The notes: generated by a model from the letters alone, not told the origin. DNA of 57,828 nt from Saprospiraceae bacterium (GCA_020630525.1 JAHDBF010000003.1:1-57828); one strand, 5' to 3'; positions 9,437-19,405 are shown, counted from the first letter of the stretch. Made by a program: numbers and translations.

Positions 9437-9769
9437 ATGAAAACGATAATTTTAAGTTTAGCAACAGTTTTAATGTTCCAATTCTCAGCAATCGCAAATA
9501 ATGATTATGGAGACAAAGAATTAGTAAAGTCAAGTGCGGTAAGTATCTCTTTAGTCAATAGTGAATTGGCTGAAATGATTCAGGTTTCTGAGTTCCTTGA
9601 GCAAGAAGAAAAATTCTTTATTAAGTTCACAAAAGAGGTACAAATGATTACTTTTTACAATGCTAATGGTGAAGTAGAGATGGTAATACCAGTGATGTCG
9701 AGTGAAGTAAATTTAGGGATGAGCTTGTTTACAGGCGGAAATTATACCCTAGACTTTAGCATTAATTAA
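9437..9769 (+). CDS. Small secreted hypothetical protein (110 aa) with a T9SS-CTD-like C-terminal half
   Basis: Signal peptide MKTIILSLATVLMFQFSAIA. The tail ITFYNANGEVEMVIPVMSSEVNLGMSLFTGGNYTLDF resembles the strand pattern of Por_Secre_tail domains. Confidence 0.55.
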   Translation: MKTIILSLATVLMFQFSAIANNDYGDKELVKSSAVSISLVNSELAEMIQVSEFLEQEEKFFIKFTKEVQMITFYNANGEVEMVIPVMSSEVNLGMSLFTGGNYTLDFSIN

Positions 9770-9822
9770 TTACGGAATATAAATTGAAAAATATTAGGGG
9801 TTTTAAACATTAGGTGTAAAAA

Positions 9823-9852
9823 GCTGGCTCAGGGGTGTGCCAGTTTTTTTTT
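9823..9852 (+). terminator. Possible rho-independent terminator
   Basis: Short stem gctggc / gccag(t) with a 10-nt loop, followed by T9. Confidence 0.5.
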
Positions 9853-9939
9853 GTTTATACTTATCATAAACACTAATAGAAAAATGTATTCTCTTCACTA
9901 TCCATTTTCAAATAAGTATCTTTGTAAAAAATAAAACTA

Positions 9940-10248
9940 ATGGCAGAAGAGAAAAAAAATTCATTAAATATAGAATTACCAGAAGAAGTAGCAGAAGGGA
10001 CTTACTCCAACTTAGCTATCATAAGTCACTCAAATTCTGAGTTTATAGTAGATTTTATAAGAATGGTTCCAAACGTCCCAAAAGCAAAAGTAAAATCTAG
10101 AATCATACTTACACCGCATCATGCTAAACGATTATTAAAAGCATTAAAGGATAATGTAGATAAATTTGAAGCTAAAAATGGCAGTATTGACGAAGGAAAT
10201 GCAAATCCTTTTACCAATATGAACTTTACACCAACAGCACAAGCATAA
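9940..10248 (+). CDS. DUF3467 domain protein
   Basis: YSNLAIISHSNSEFIVDFIRMVPNVPKAKVKSRIILTPHHAKRLLKAL matches the DUF3467 pattern common in Bacteroidota. Confidence 0.75.
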   Translation: MAEEKKNSLNIELPEEVAEGTYSNLAIISHSNSEFIVDFIRMVPNVPKAKVKSRIILTPHHAKRLLKALKDNVDKFEAKNGSIDEGNANPFTNMNFTPTAQA

Positions 10249-10279
10249 ATACGATCGTACTAAAGAGTTGTATTATTTA

Positions 10280-11302
10280 CTAAAATAAAGATCCTTCTTG
10301 AGCGGGAGGTACAATGCCTAAATGGCGATATGCTTTTTCGGTTACCTCTCGACCTCTTGGAGTTCTTTGGATAAATCCTTCCATTATTAAAAATGGTTCG
10401 TGCACTTCTTCTATTGTTCCTGACTCTTCTCCAACAGCAGTTGCAATAGTCGTTAATCCTACAGGACCACCTTTGAATTTTTGAATAATAGACGATAATA
10501 TCCTATTGTCCATCTCATCAAGACCACTGCTATCTACATTCAATGCATCCAATCCATAGGTAGCAATCGCCTGATCGATGATTCCATTTCCTTTTACTTG
10601 AGCAAAATCCCTAACTCTCCTTAACAATGCGTTTGCGATTCTTGGTGTTCCTCTACTTCTCCGTGCAATCTCTAAAGCACCTTGTTCTTCGATTTCTATA
10701 TCTAAAATATGCGCACTTCTTTTTATAATACTCAGCAATGTTTTGACGTCGTAATAATCCAAATGACAGTTTATCCCAAACCTAGCGCGCAATGGGGCAG
10801 TAAGCAATCCCATCCTCGTAGTAGCACCTATCAAAGTAAAAGGATTCAAGGTCAATTGTATACTTCTTGCACTTGGTCCACTGTCAATCATAATATCAAT
10901 ACGATAATCTTCCATCGCACTATATAGATATTCTTCTACTATATTATTAAGCCTATGAATCTCATCTATAAATAAAACATCTCCGTCTTGAAGATTGGTT
11001 AACAATCCTGCAAGGTCTCCTGGCTTTTCTAATACAGGACCTGATGTCATTTTTAAATTGGCATTTAGCTCATTAGCAACAATGTAAGAAAGTGTAGTTT
11101 TCCCCAGCCCCGGAGGTCCATGCAGCAATACATGATCCAATGCTTCCTCACGCATTTTTGCTGCTTCTATAAAAACACTGAGGTTTTCAACCAACTTTGC
11201 TTGGCCAGAAAAGTCTTTGAGAGAAGAAGGCCTTAATGCCTTTTCTACTTGTACTTCTTCGTTACTAAAATTTTGTCCTGAGGAGTCAAGATTTGGGTTC
11301 AT
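10280..11302 (-). CDS. ruvB: Holliday junction branch migration DNA helicase RuvB
   Basis: LRP..L.DF.GQ, Walker [10 protein letters not shown], Walker [22 protein letters not shown] and [15 protein letters not shown]. Confidence 0.95.
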   Translation of the reverse strand: MNPNLDSSGQNFSNEEVQVEKALRPSSLKDFSGQAKLVENLSVFIEAAKMREEALDHVLLHGPPGLGKTTLSYIVANELNANLKMTSGPVLEKPGDLAGLLTNLQDGDVLFIDEIHRLNNIVEEYLYSAMEDYRIDIMIDSGPSARSIQLTLNPFTLIGATTRMGLLTAPLRARFGINCHLDYYDVKTLLSIIKRSAHILDIEIEEQGALEIARRSRGTPRIANALLRRVRDFAQVKGNGIIDQAIATYGLDALNVDSSGLDEMDNRILSSIIQKFKGGPVGLTTIATAVGEESGTIEEVHEPFLIMEGFIQRTPRGREVTEKAYRHLGIVPPAQEGSLF

Positions 11303-11477
11303 GTTTTAATTTCTACTGCAAAAATACTGGATATTAATTATGATTCCTGAAATTACACTACATATTAATAATTATTGTAATATATTTTAGAATTTGGAGA
11401 ATTTTAATTCAATATTTATCAGATCAGAGACAAATGAACATTAAAAGCAATAAATTTGTCGGAATTAAAATTCATAG

Positions 11478-12080
11478 ATGCTAAAAAAGTCATTCTTTCT
11501 GGTATTATTTGTAATAATTGCTATTGTCACATATTATAGTTACCAGAAAAGTAAAGACCAAAATCATCAATTAGAAAATTCAAATGTTGAGATTTCTTCA
11601 CAAACTGAATACAAGCATCCTGCACAAAAAAGATTAAACAGTTCGACACCAAAAAGTAAAGAAGAAGATACTTTTTCTGCTGGTGGTCTAAATTGGTTGA
11701 CGGTAGAACAGGCAGGAGCACTAAAAAACATTGACAATAAAAAGTTTTTAATCGATGTTTATACAGATTGGTGTGGCTATTGTAAGGTTATGGATAGAGT
11801 CACATTTACTGATAAAGCAGTAAAAGAATATTTGGAAGCAAATTTTCACTTGGTAAAATTAAATGCAGAGCAAAAAGAACCGATTACTTTTAGAGGAAAA
11901 AAATACGAATGGATAGATATGGGAAGAGGTGGTGTCAATAAATTTGCAAAAGAAATCATGAATAATCGCATGAGTTATCCGACATTAGTATACTTTGATC
12001 CCCACTTTAATAAGTTAAAAAGTAGTCCTGGGTATAAAAAACCTGATCAATTGCTTGCAGAATTAAGACTTTTAGAATGA
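11478..12080 (+). CDS. Thioredoxin-fold protein (membrane-anchored, thioredoxin_7/DUF255-like)
   Basis: N-terminal TM segment. DVYTDWCGYCKVMD carries a CxxC redox motif in a thioredoxin-like context. Confidence 0.65.
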   Translation: MLKKSFFLVLFVIIAIVTYYSYQKSKDQNHQLENSNVEISSQTEYKHPAQKRLNSSTPKSKEEDTFSAGGLNWLTVEQAGALKNIDNKKFLIDVYTDWCGYCKVMDRVTFTDKAVKEYLEANFHLVKLNAEQKEPITFRGKKYEWIDMGRGGVNKFAKEIMNNRMSYPTLVYFDPHFNKLKSSPGYKKPDQLLAELRLLE

Positions 12081-12112
12081 AATTCGTAACTTACTTTTAA
12101 AATCTTGAGATA

Positions 12113-12697
12113 ATGAGAATACTATTATTTTTTCCAATCTTTTTATTAATAATAAATTTCAATTTTGCACAATCATCATCTGTGGAAAATGACACAGAGG
12201 AATTGGTTTCTGTATTTATTTCTAATTCAGAATTAGCATATTTACAAACCAAAGTAGAGACCTTAAAAGAAAAACAAGCCATCGTACTTAAAGCACATCG
12301 AGATAAAAATAATGATATAATAGGCAAAAATAAAGGAGAAATCGCCAGAATCATCCATAGTGCACCTACGACTTTAATGAATTTAGTAAAGTCAGCAAAA
12401 ACCGTACAGCACGACCCTGAAGCTATGGGCTCAAGATTTGAAAATGGATATGCTGGTTTCAAAGAAATGATGCAAAGTAGAACCGATTATCAAGAAATGG
12501 AGTTATTACCTGTGGAAGTAGAGATATTAGCTGCTAAGGCGATCAAAGCTGAAATGATCCAAAAGACCTTAAAAGAAAGCAATTATGCGATCCACGAAAG
12601 TCAAGAAAATAGCATGGACAATGTGTTACTTTTGACAGAGTTGGCAGCGGCGATTGATGAAACATTAGAAGTATATAGCGTAGCATTAAATAGATAA
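12113..12697 (+). CDS. Hypothetical secreted protein
   Basis: Signal peptide MRILLFFPIFLLIINFNFAQ and helical, charged composition. Preferred over the overlapping antisense ORF 12097-12462. Confidence 0.6.
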   Translation: MRILLFFPIFLLIINFNFAQSSSVENDTEELVSVFISNSELAYLQTKVETLKEKQAIVLKAHRDKNNDIIGKNKGEIARIIHSAPTTLMNLVKSAKTVQHDPEAMGSRFENGYAGFKEMMQSRTDYQEMELLPVEVEILAAKAIKAEMIQKTLKESNYAIHESQENSMDNVLLLTELAAAIDETLEVYSVALNR

Positions 12698-12711
12698 AAT
12701 AAATAGTTTAG

Positions 12712-13092
12712 ATGTCATTTGAAGTTGTAGGAACCTTACACAAGGTTTTTGATACAGTTAGTAAAACTGAGAAGTTTCAAGCAAGAGAGTTTGTATTGTT
12801 ACAACCTGGAAATTATCCTCAATATGTTAAGTTTCAATTAACACAAGATAGGTGTGAATTGATTTCTCAGTATAAAGAAGGTGATGAAGTAAAGGTCTTT
12901 TTTGACCTTCGAGGTAGAGAGTGGAATGGCAGTTATTTCACCAATTTAAATGCATGGAAAATAGAGAAACCTGCAACTACCATACCTGAGCCTGTTGGCG
13001 CACCAGAACCTGCAAGCACTAGTGAGGCAGGTTTTCCAAGTATAGACGATGCTCCAAAAACTACGGACGAAATTGATGATCTACCGTTTTAA
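12712..13092 (+). CDS. DUF3127 domain protein (OB-fold-like)
   Basis: FQAREFVLL....YPQYVKFQLTQDRC and GDEVKVFFDLRGREWNG.YFTNLNAWKIE are typical of DUF3127, followed by a Pro/Ala-rich acidic tail. Confidence 0.7.
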   Translation: MSFEVVGTLHKVFDTVSKTEKFQAREFVLLQPGNYPQYVKFQLTQDRCELISQYKEGDEVKVFFDLRGREWNGSYFTNLNAWKIEKPATTIPEPVGAPEPASTSEAGFPSIDDAPKTTDEIDDLPF

Positions 13093-13654
13093 ACACTCGG
13101 TATTATTCGTTTTTATTTTTCCTTTCTTGGGTTTTTCTCAAGACTCTCTAAAACTCATTAGCATTAATGCTTCTTGGGATGATGCCTATCATGAGTGGGA
13201 TTTTCATTACCTAGATTTATCTGAAGATGAAGAGGAAGTTGGTGAGATTGAAGCCACTTGGGCGCATCTTGAAGATTGGAAAGAATGGGATGTCTCTGTA
13301 GGGAATTTTTATGGGAACATACGTCAGAAATGGAGGCATAATGATCAACTCTGGGAATTAAGCGCTGGTAGCAATGTTACCACAATAAAAACAAAATGGA
13401 ACAACGACTATTCTGAATGGATTATAAACTTTAATGGCCAAATTAAAATCAGATGGTTAGCAGAAAAAATAGACGATGGTAATGTCTGGTTTTTTGATCA
13501 TCAAGATTATGGTGTTTTTGAATTTATTACAGAATTTGAGAACGATCCTCGAGACTGGCTAATCTATGATGATACCATTCAATTACCGCTTGATATTAAA
13601 GTAGCTTGCTGTTTTATTGCTATGTACCGAAGTACTGTTGCTTTTAGAGGATAA
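13076..13654 (+). CDS. Hypothetical secreted Trp-rich repeat protein
   Basis: The ATG at 13076 gives the signal-like MIYRFKHSVLFVFIFPFLGFSQ; the track start at 13049 lies deeper inside the previous gene. Recurrent W-containing blocks: HEWDF, DWKEWDV, QKWRHNDQLWEL, TKWNNDYSEWII, IRWL..GNVWFF. Confidence 0.55.
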   Translation: MIYRFKHSVLFVFIFPFLGFSQDSLKLISINASWDDAYHEWDFHYLDLSEDEEEVGEIEATWAHLEDWKEWDVSVGNFYGNIRQKWRHNDQLWELSAGSNVTTIKTKWNNDYSEWIINFNGQIKIRWLAEKIDDGNVWFFDHQDYGVFEFITEFENDPRDWLIYDDTIQLPLDIKVACCFIAMYRSTVAFRG

Positions 13655-13656
13655 CT

Positions 13657-14127
13657 TTATTCACCGATTGCCTCTATTGCTTCAAGAATCTGTTGACCAT
13701 GCTCTTTTGTTTTTACTTTGTCAATAATTTCTTGAATAATGCCTTTTTCATCTACGAGTACAGTAGTACGATATACACCTATTACTTCTCTACCCATAAA
13801 TTTTTTAGGTCCCCAAAGTCCAAATGCTTCTAGCATCTCTTTTTCTGTATCAGCTAACAAATCATACTGAAATTCATATTTATCTATGAATTTTTGGTGT
13901 TTCTTGGTTTTGTCGGGACTTATGCCAAAGATTTTATAATCCTTCTGGTCTATCTTCTTATAGTTGTCTCTAATACTGCAAGCTTCTTTGGTGCATCCCG
14001 GAGAGTCATCTTTGGGATAAAAGAATAATATGTACTTAGAACCCAAAAGAGAGGTTTTACTTACAATTTCTTCGTTTTGATTTAATAATTCAAAATTTGG
14101 CACTTCACCACCTACAGATATCTTCAT
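13657..14127 (-). CDS. bcp: Thioredoxin-dependent thiol peroxidase (peroxiredoxin Bcp)
   Basis: FFYPKDDSPGCTKEAC carries the peroxidatic Cys motif; 156 aa. Confidence 0.85.
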   Translation of the reverse strand: MKISVGGEVPNFELLNQNEEIVSKTSLLGSKYILFFYPKDDSPGCTKEACSIRDNYKKIDQKDYKIFGISPDKTKKHQKFIDKYEFQYDLLADTEKEMLEAFGLWGPKKFMGREVIGVYRTTVLVDEKGIIQEIIDKVKTKEHGQQILEAIEAIGE

Positions 14128-14204
14128 AATTTAACGTTTACTACATTCTATTAATGCAAAACAAGTTAAATTGTTTAATAAATCGTAGAATTCCTTAAAC
14201 AATG

Positions 14205-15905
14205 CTACAATTTAGTACTCAATGTCGTAGCATTGTCGTTGTGATCTGCGACTTTTAGGACTAGGTTTTTACAGCCATTTTTGACATCTCTCGAATCTAT
14301 AATTATCTGATCTGACTTTTTATCAAAGGTATGTAAAACCCATTCGTCACAACCTTCAACTTTAATGTTTAGATCTCCTAAACTAGAATCATGGTTAAAG
14401 TTATCTGTTACCTTAAAATAATAGATTTTATACCCAGATTTTGGGATGGTAGCTACTCGTTTTATGATTGGAGGAATAGTGTCATTTATCCCGACATATT
14501 CTCCAAATTCATCTAAACTTATAGAGAATCCTCTTTTAGTTTTAGTCCCTCCAAAATTCACTAAAGAGCCAGATGATCTTCGCTTTGCAAGACTGGTAAA
14601 AGGTACCTCATTATAAATGTTTAATGCATAATGTCCATGTGTCGGTGGTCCATTAGATTCAATGCTAATCTTATAAGGAGAAAATGTTTCAGTTACTTCG
14701 ATGTTGGTATTAGCATACAATGAATTCTCATAAAAGACAATTTCATTTCCTGACTCCAATCGCAAAGTGTCATTAATGCCACAAGCGATAACTTTTCCAT
14801 TATTTTTTATTTCTTGAACAATCCCATTGGATACCAATTTTACTTTCACATTGGAAATATTATTGTAAACATCAGATACTAATACCGTTATTTTATTTTC
14901 AGTTACTGAATCGCATTCTATAATGCCATAGTTTTCGTTGTCAATATAGTTGGACAATGGATTGCATTTGCTTGAAAAGAGTTTGATGATTTTACTTCTA
15001 TATTTTTCGTAATGAGGGTAATCAATGATTGCATTGATTGCTTTTGATTCACTAAAATCAATTTTGTCAAATTTTGCTTGAAAAATCAATGAACTGTCGT
15101 TTTTAACTTCTAGTTTATGTACACCATTTTTGTTGTGTACACCATTGGAAGTATCATAGCAGACTAGTCCGACGCCGGCATATTTACTTTTGATATTAAT
15201 GGATTTTGGTCGACTGATATAAGAGTTATTCTCCTTTGATAAAGACAGTTGATGTTTTTTTATTATCTCTCCATCTTCTGTTAATTCGTAGATGTAAAAT
15301 CCAGTAATTGTTGGTGCAATATTGTCTTTCACTGCAATATCAAAACGAGAAGGCATAACAGGTTTTTCAGATTTACTTTCTCTTATTTCAAAGTGTAAGT
15401 GTGGTGCTGTAGATCGACCACTATTTCCCATTGTGCCGATTTGATCACCTTGATTTACATTAAAAATCATGGTGTCTAGATATACATCGATATGAGATTG
15501 TTGTAGCTTATTTTGAATCTTTTTTAGATAGCTTTCAATCTTTGGAGCAAAGGAATCTAGGTGTGCGTAAACCGACGTATATCCATTGGGGTGATCAAAA
15601 TATAATGCACGTCCATAACCCGAACTTTCTATTTTTATTCTACTTAAATAACCTTCTTCTATTGCCACAATAGGATCTCCAACTTTTCCAGAAGTAGATT
15701 TAATATCTATCCCACTATGAAAATGATTGGTTCTTAACTCTGCAAATGATCCTGCCAATTTCATCTTGTGTCTTACTGGAGGAATAAAATTGGTGCTATC
15801 TGGCGACACTTGAGATAGACCAATACTAACCAAGATTGCATGGAGCAAAAATGTAAGTATCGTTTTGTAAATGTTAGCAGTATTTATTGAAGTGAATTTT
15901 TGCAA
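14205..15905 (-). CDS. M23 family metallopeptidase with a long C-terminal extension
   Basis: HFHSGIDI and GNSGRSTAPHLHFEIR (the HxxxD / HxH metal ligands of LytM/M23) plus an N-terminal signal/anchor. Confidence 0.8.
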   Translation of the reverse strand: MQKFTSINTANIYKTILTFLLHAILVSIGLSQVSPDSTNFIPPVRHKMKLAGSFAELRTNHFHSGIDIKSTSGKVGDPIVAIEEGYLSRIKIESSGYGRALYFDHPNGYTSVYAHLDSFAPKIESYLKKIQNKLQQSHIDVYLDTMIFNVNQGDQIGTMGNSGRSTAPHLHFEIRESKSEKPVMPSRFDIAVKDNIAPTITGFYIYELTEDGEIIKKHQLSLSKENNSYISRPKSINIKSKYAGVGLVCYDTSNGVHNKNGVHKLEVKNDSSLIFQAKFDKIDFSESKAINAIIDYPHYEKYRSKIIKLFSSKCNPLSNYIDNENYGIIECDSVTENKITVLVSDVYNNISNVKVKLVSNGIVQEIKNNGKVIACGINDTLRLESGNEIVFYENSLYANTNIEVTETFSPYKISIESNGPPTHGHYALNIYNEVPFTSLAKRRSSGSLVNFGGTKTKRGFSISLDEFGEYVGINDTIPPIIKRVATIPKSGYKIYYFKVTDNFNHDSSLGDLNIKVEGCDEWVLHTFDKKSDQIIIDSRDVKNGCKNLVLKVADHNDNATTLSTKL

Positions 15906-15992
15906 TGTATTAAGAAAGTTGAATTGATTTTAAACTTGTGTCTTAGTATTAATATTTGAGTTCTTTACAAAAAAAACGAATATTGAAACATA

Positions 15993-17042
15993 CTATTTTC
16001 TGCCGAGTACATCATTTTTTAATAGCGCGTCTTTAAGTAATTGTGTAGCTTCAACAGATGATATTTTTTTTGTTGAGATATAATGCTGCAAATTTGATTT
16101 AAGTTTTTGAATTGAAGGAATCTCTTGGAATAAATTAATCAATATTTTATCAAAACTTTTTCGGAACCACAACAGATCTTGCTTGATTCTGTTTGAAGAT
16201 TTATATTCACCTTTCAATATATGTGCATCGAAATCTTCAATTTCTGTTAAGATATCGTCACAATTTTCTAGAATGATCGCACTATAGACCAAGGTATTTA
16301 TTGCGCGGTTATGTGCTCTAGGTAGTAATAGTTGCTTAGCTTGGTCCAATGATTTTTTACTGGTATTTACCAATGGAATATTCTCGCCATCATTTTTATT
16401 GATTACAAATGTATCAGCACGTTCCATAATTCCTCTTTTGATGCCTTGCAAGTCATCTCCCGATCCAGCTTGGATGAGCAGGATATTCATATCTACCAAT
16501 TCGGAGACTTCATATTCAGATTGACCAACACCAACAGTTTCTACAAAGATATATTCAAATCCAGCCAATTCACAAAGCAAAATAGACTCTCTCGTTGCTT
16601 GAGAAATACCGCCTTTTTTTAGCCCAGATGGACTCGGTCTGATAAAGGCATTTTCCTTACTAGATAAAGATTCCATTCTGGTTTTATCACCCAATATTGA
16701 GCCTTTGCTCTCAGGACTTGATGGATCAATACTTATGACGGCAATCTTCTTTCCTATCGCGATTAGCTTTGATCCTACACTATCTATAAAAGTGCTTTTT
16801 CCTGCACCTGGCGGACCAGTAATTGCGATACGTTTTGTATGTAAATATTCTTTTTGGGAATTTGCTAAAACGGTTAGGATTATATCATTATCCGTAGATA
16901 AATTTGATTCGGCCAACGTAATGGCATAGCTAAGTATATCAGTTTTCCCATCCTTTAATCCCTCTGTAATATCACTTGCGGAATAAACTGTTTTGTTAGA
17001 TTTTTTAAACCTAGGATTGATATATCTTTTTTCGTCGTTCAA
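15993..17042 (-). CDS. meaB: Methylmalonyl-CoA mutase-associated G3E GTPase MeaB/ArgK
   Basis: - P-loop GPPGAGKST, then GDKTRM, ETVGVGQSE and VINKNDG.
- The start is TTG (reverse complement of 17040-17042), directly abutting the upstream stop. Confidence 0.8.
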   Translation of the reverse strand: MNDEKRYINPRFKKSNKTVYSASDITEGLKDGKTDILSYAITLAESNLSTDNDIILTVLANSQKEYLHTKRIAITGPPGAGKSTFIDSVGSKLIAIGKKIAVISIDPSSPESKGSILGDKTRMESLSSKENAFIRPSPSGLKKGGISQATRESILLCELAGFEYIFVETVGVGQSEYEVSELVDMNILLIQAGSGDDLQGIKRGIMERADTFVINKNDGENIPLVNTSKKSLDQAKQLLLPRAHNRAINTLVYSAIILENCDDILTEIEDFDAHILKGEYKSSNRIKQDLLWFRKSFDKILINLFQEIPSIQKLKSNLQHYISTKKISSVEATQLLKDALLKNDVLGRK

Positions 17043-18074
17043 CTATTTTTTGTTTGAAAATTTATGCCAGACATCCTTGGCAATCTGTGCTGTTAAATCT
17101 TCAATTTGATAACTGCCATTTAATGGATCTTGGACAAGGTGTAAATGATTTTCTAATTTTGCAATCTGTTGAATGTTCAGGTGTATTCTTGTATTTTCAA
17201 AATCCGATTCTAACTTCGCATTGTATATTAAATCCGCAGTTCCTAAAATAGCATTTGCGGTAGCTAAAGTATTTTCTATTAGTTTTTCTTCTTTACTGCT
17301 TTCAGGATTAATACTGGTTTCTACTTTAATAAATAATGGGCTAAAATCCAATCCATTATAAGCCAACAAATTAGCCCAGATTACACGCATCGCTCTAATT
17401 TTTGCAATACTTACAAGCACATGCTGATCTACATATAATTTTGCACAAATAATATCAGGACCCAACTGTAAATTTTTGCTTCTTTTGATGCTTTGATCCA
17501 ATGACTTTGTCAATAGGGCTAATCCTTCCTTTATGTCATCATTTGGTGCTTCACATTCTTCTAGAAAATGAAATTTTGGTAATTTCTTTTGTATGCTTAT
17601 GATTGAATCATCAGGAAGTAAATTCCCATTTATACTGCCATTGACAGAGATCGTGTCGCTACCAGAAATTTCTATTGCGTGTATAAATTCAGCAACTTCA
17701 TGCAAACAAATCGTTTCTTTAATACTAAGATCATTGTAGATATATTCTGGTGATACTCCTTTATAAGCATCGTTAATAGCTCCGATATTATTTATTTCTA
17801 TTCGCAGTGCTTCTGTGCCATTGTTCAGTAAATTTAGTATTGACTTTCCTCTATCATAATTAGGTATATCACAGCCTATGATCCAACCTTTTTCTGCTTT
17901 GGTTAATGGGTTTAATTCTTCTTGTGATTGATTGGGAAATTGGAATGGATTTATTTTTACTCCATTCTGCGATTTATATTGAAATTCTTCCCAAGTATTC
18001 AATTTCATTGATTTTAGGAGCGCAGATTTCCACTTTTCCTCACTTATTCTATCAAATTCTTCGAATGAAACCAT
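17043..18074 (-). CDS. Short methylmalonyl-CoA mutase small-subunit-like protein (N-terminal barrel region only)
   Basis: N-terminus EEKWKSALLKSMKLNTWEEFQYKSQNGVKINPF resembles the W...LKG...L...T.EGI.I.P block of MutA/MutB. Translationally abutted to meaB. At only 343 aa, no B12-binding domain is evident. Confidence 0.55.
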   Translation of the reverse strand: MVSFEEFDRISEEKWKSALLKSMKLNTWEEFQYKSQNGVKINPFQFPNQSQEELNPLTKAEKGWIIGCDIPNYDRGKSILNLLNNGTEALRIEINNIGAINDAYKGVSPEYIYNDLSIKETICLHEVAEFIHAIEISGSDTISVNGSINGNLLPDDSIISIQKKLPKFHFLEECEAPNDDIKEGLALLTKSLDQSIKRSKNLQLGPDIICAKLYVDQHVLVSIAKIRAMRVIWANLLAYNGLDFSPLFIKVETSINPESSKEEKLIENTLATANAILGTADLIYNAKLESDFENTRIHLNIQQIAKLENHLHLVQDPLNGSYQIEDLTAQIAKDVWHKFSNKK

Positions 18075-18178
18075 TTTTAATCAAAATTTAAAACTAATAT
18101 AGTCTATTGTGGTTTAAATATTCGACAATAAAGCGAGTCAGTGGATATAATCGCTTATTTTTGTGCTTAATTTGAAAA

Positions 18179-19405
18179 ATGATGAAAAATAGCAATTTAA
18201 TATACTTAGATAATAACTCAACTACACCTTGCGATCCAAGAGTCGTAGATACCATGTTACCGTTTTTTCATAACGTTCCAGGTAATGCTGCGAGCAGAAA
18301 TCATCCATTCGGATGGCAAGCAGAAGAAGCAGTAGATTATGCAAGAGAGCAGGTTGCTAATCTTTTGGAAGTAGATTCAAAAGAGATCATTTTTACTTCT
18401 GGTGCAACAGAGTCAGACAACCTTGCATTAAAAGGTGTTTTTGAAATGTATGCTAGAAAAGGAAACCACATCATTACTTTAAAAACAGAGCATAAAGCCG
18501 TGCTAGATTCTTGCAAAAAGATTGAAAAAATGGGCGGTAATGTTACTTATCTTGATGTGAAACCAGATGGTATTGTAGATTTAGAAGCCTTAGAAGCTGC
18601 AATCACAGATAAGACTATTCTGATCTCAATCATGTGGGCCAATAATGAAACTGGCGTGATCCAACCTATGAAAGAGATTGGTGCGATATGTGAAAAGCAT
18701 GGTGTACTGTTTATGAGTGATGCAACACAGGCGGTAGGGAAAATCCCTACACACCCAAAAGAAGTTGGGGTACACTTAATGGCATTCACTGGACATAAAA
18801 TGTATGGACCGAAAGGTGTAGGAGCATTGTTTGTAAATAGAAAAAATCCTAGAGTAAAAGTTACTTCACAGATGGATGGTGGCGGACACGAGCGTGGAAT
18901 GAGATCTGGGACATTGAATGTTCCAGGTATTGTAGGCTTAGGAAAGGCTTGTGAAATTTGTAAAAAAGAAATGGCTGCGGACGCCCAAAGATTGTCGGTA
19001 CTAAGAGATAAGTTAGAAAATGCATTCAAAGAGAGGCTAGAAGAAGTATATGTAAACGGTAATGTTGAACATAGAATGCCTCATGTAGCGAATATCTCGT
19101 TTAAGCACGTAGAAGGAGAAGGATTAATGATGACATTTAATCAACAAGTTGGAGTATCTTCAGGATCAGCTTGTACTTCTGCCTCATTAGAGCCATCATA
19201 TGTCTTAATTGCTTTAGGATTAGGCGACGATTTGGCGCATTCATCAATCAGATTCAGCCTTGGAAGGTTTACTACTGAAGAAGAAATTGATGAAACAATC
19301 GAGATGGTTTCTAAAGGAGTACAACACATGAGAGACTTAAGTCCGATATGGGAAATGTATAAAGAAGGTGTTGATCTAGATGCCGTAGAATGGGCGGAAC
19401 ACTAA
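18179..19405 (+). CDS. iscS: Cysteine desulfurase IscS/NifS
   Basis: [25 protein letters not shown], the PLP lysine in [15 protein letters not shown], and the active-site loop SSGSACTS. Confidence 0.95.
   Translation: MMKNSNLIYLDNNSTTPCDPRVVDTMLPFFHNVPGNAASRNHPFGWQAEEAVDYAREQVANLLEVDSKEIIFTSGATESDNLALKGVFEMYARKGNHIITLKTEHKAVLDSCKKIEKMGGNVTYLDVKPDGIVDLEALEAAITDKTILISIMWANNETGVIQPMKEIGAICEKHGVLFMSDATQAVGKIPTHPKEVGVHLMAFTGHKMYGPKGVGALFVNRKNPRVKVTSQMDGGGHERGMRSGTLNVPGIVGLGKACEICKKEMAADAQRLSVLRDKLENAFKERLEEVYVNGNVEHRMPHVANISFKHVEGEGLMMTFNQQVGVSSGSACTSASLEPSYVLIALGLGDDLAHSSIRFSLGRFTTEEEIDETIEMVSKGVQHMRDLSPIWEMYKEGVDLDAVEWAEH

Noticed and set aside
12097-12462. A 121-aa minus-strand ORF overlapping the 12113-12697 plus-strand ORF.
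   Set aside because: The plus-strand product has a clean signal peptide and normal composition. The minus-strand product is Cys/Phe/Ile-rich with no features. Only one of the two can reasonably be real.
13049-13075. Upstream ATG at 13049 as the start of the Trp-rich protein.
   Set aside because: It would overlap the DUF3127 gene by 44 nt and adds a basic, non-signal peptide. The ATG at 13076 begins directly with a signal-like hydrophobic segment.
18547-19029. A 160-aa antisense ORF inside iscS. Small antisense ORFs also occur inside ruvB, rel, tig and meaB.
   Set aside because: They are embedded in highly conserved housekeeping genes with unambiguous sense-strand signatures and have no independent signals.
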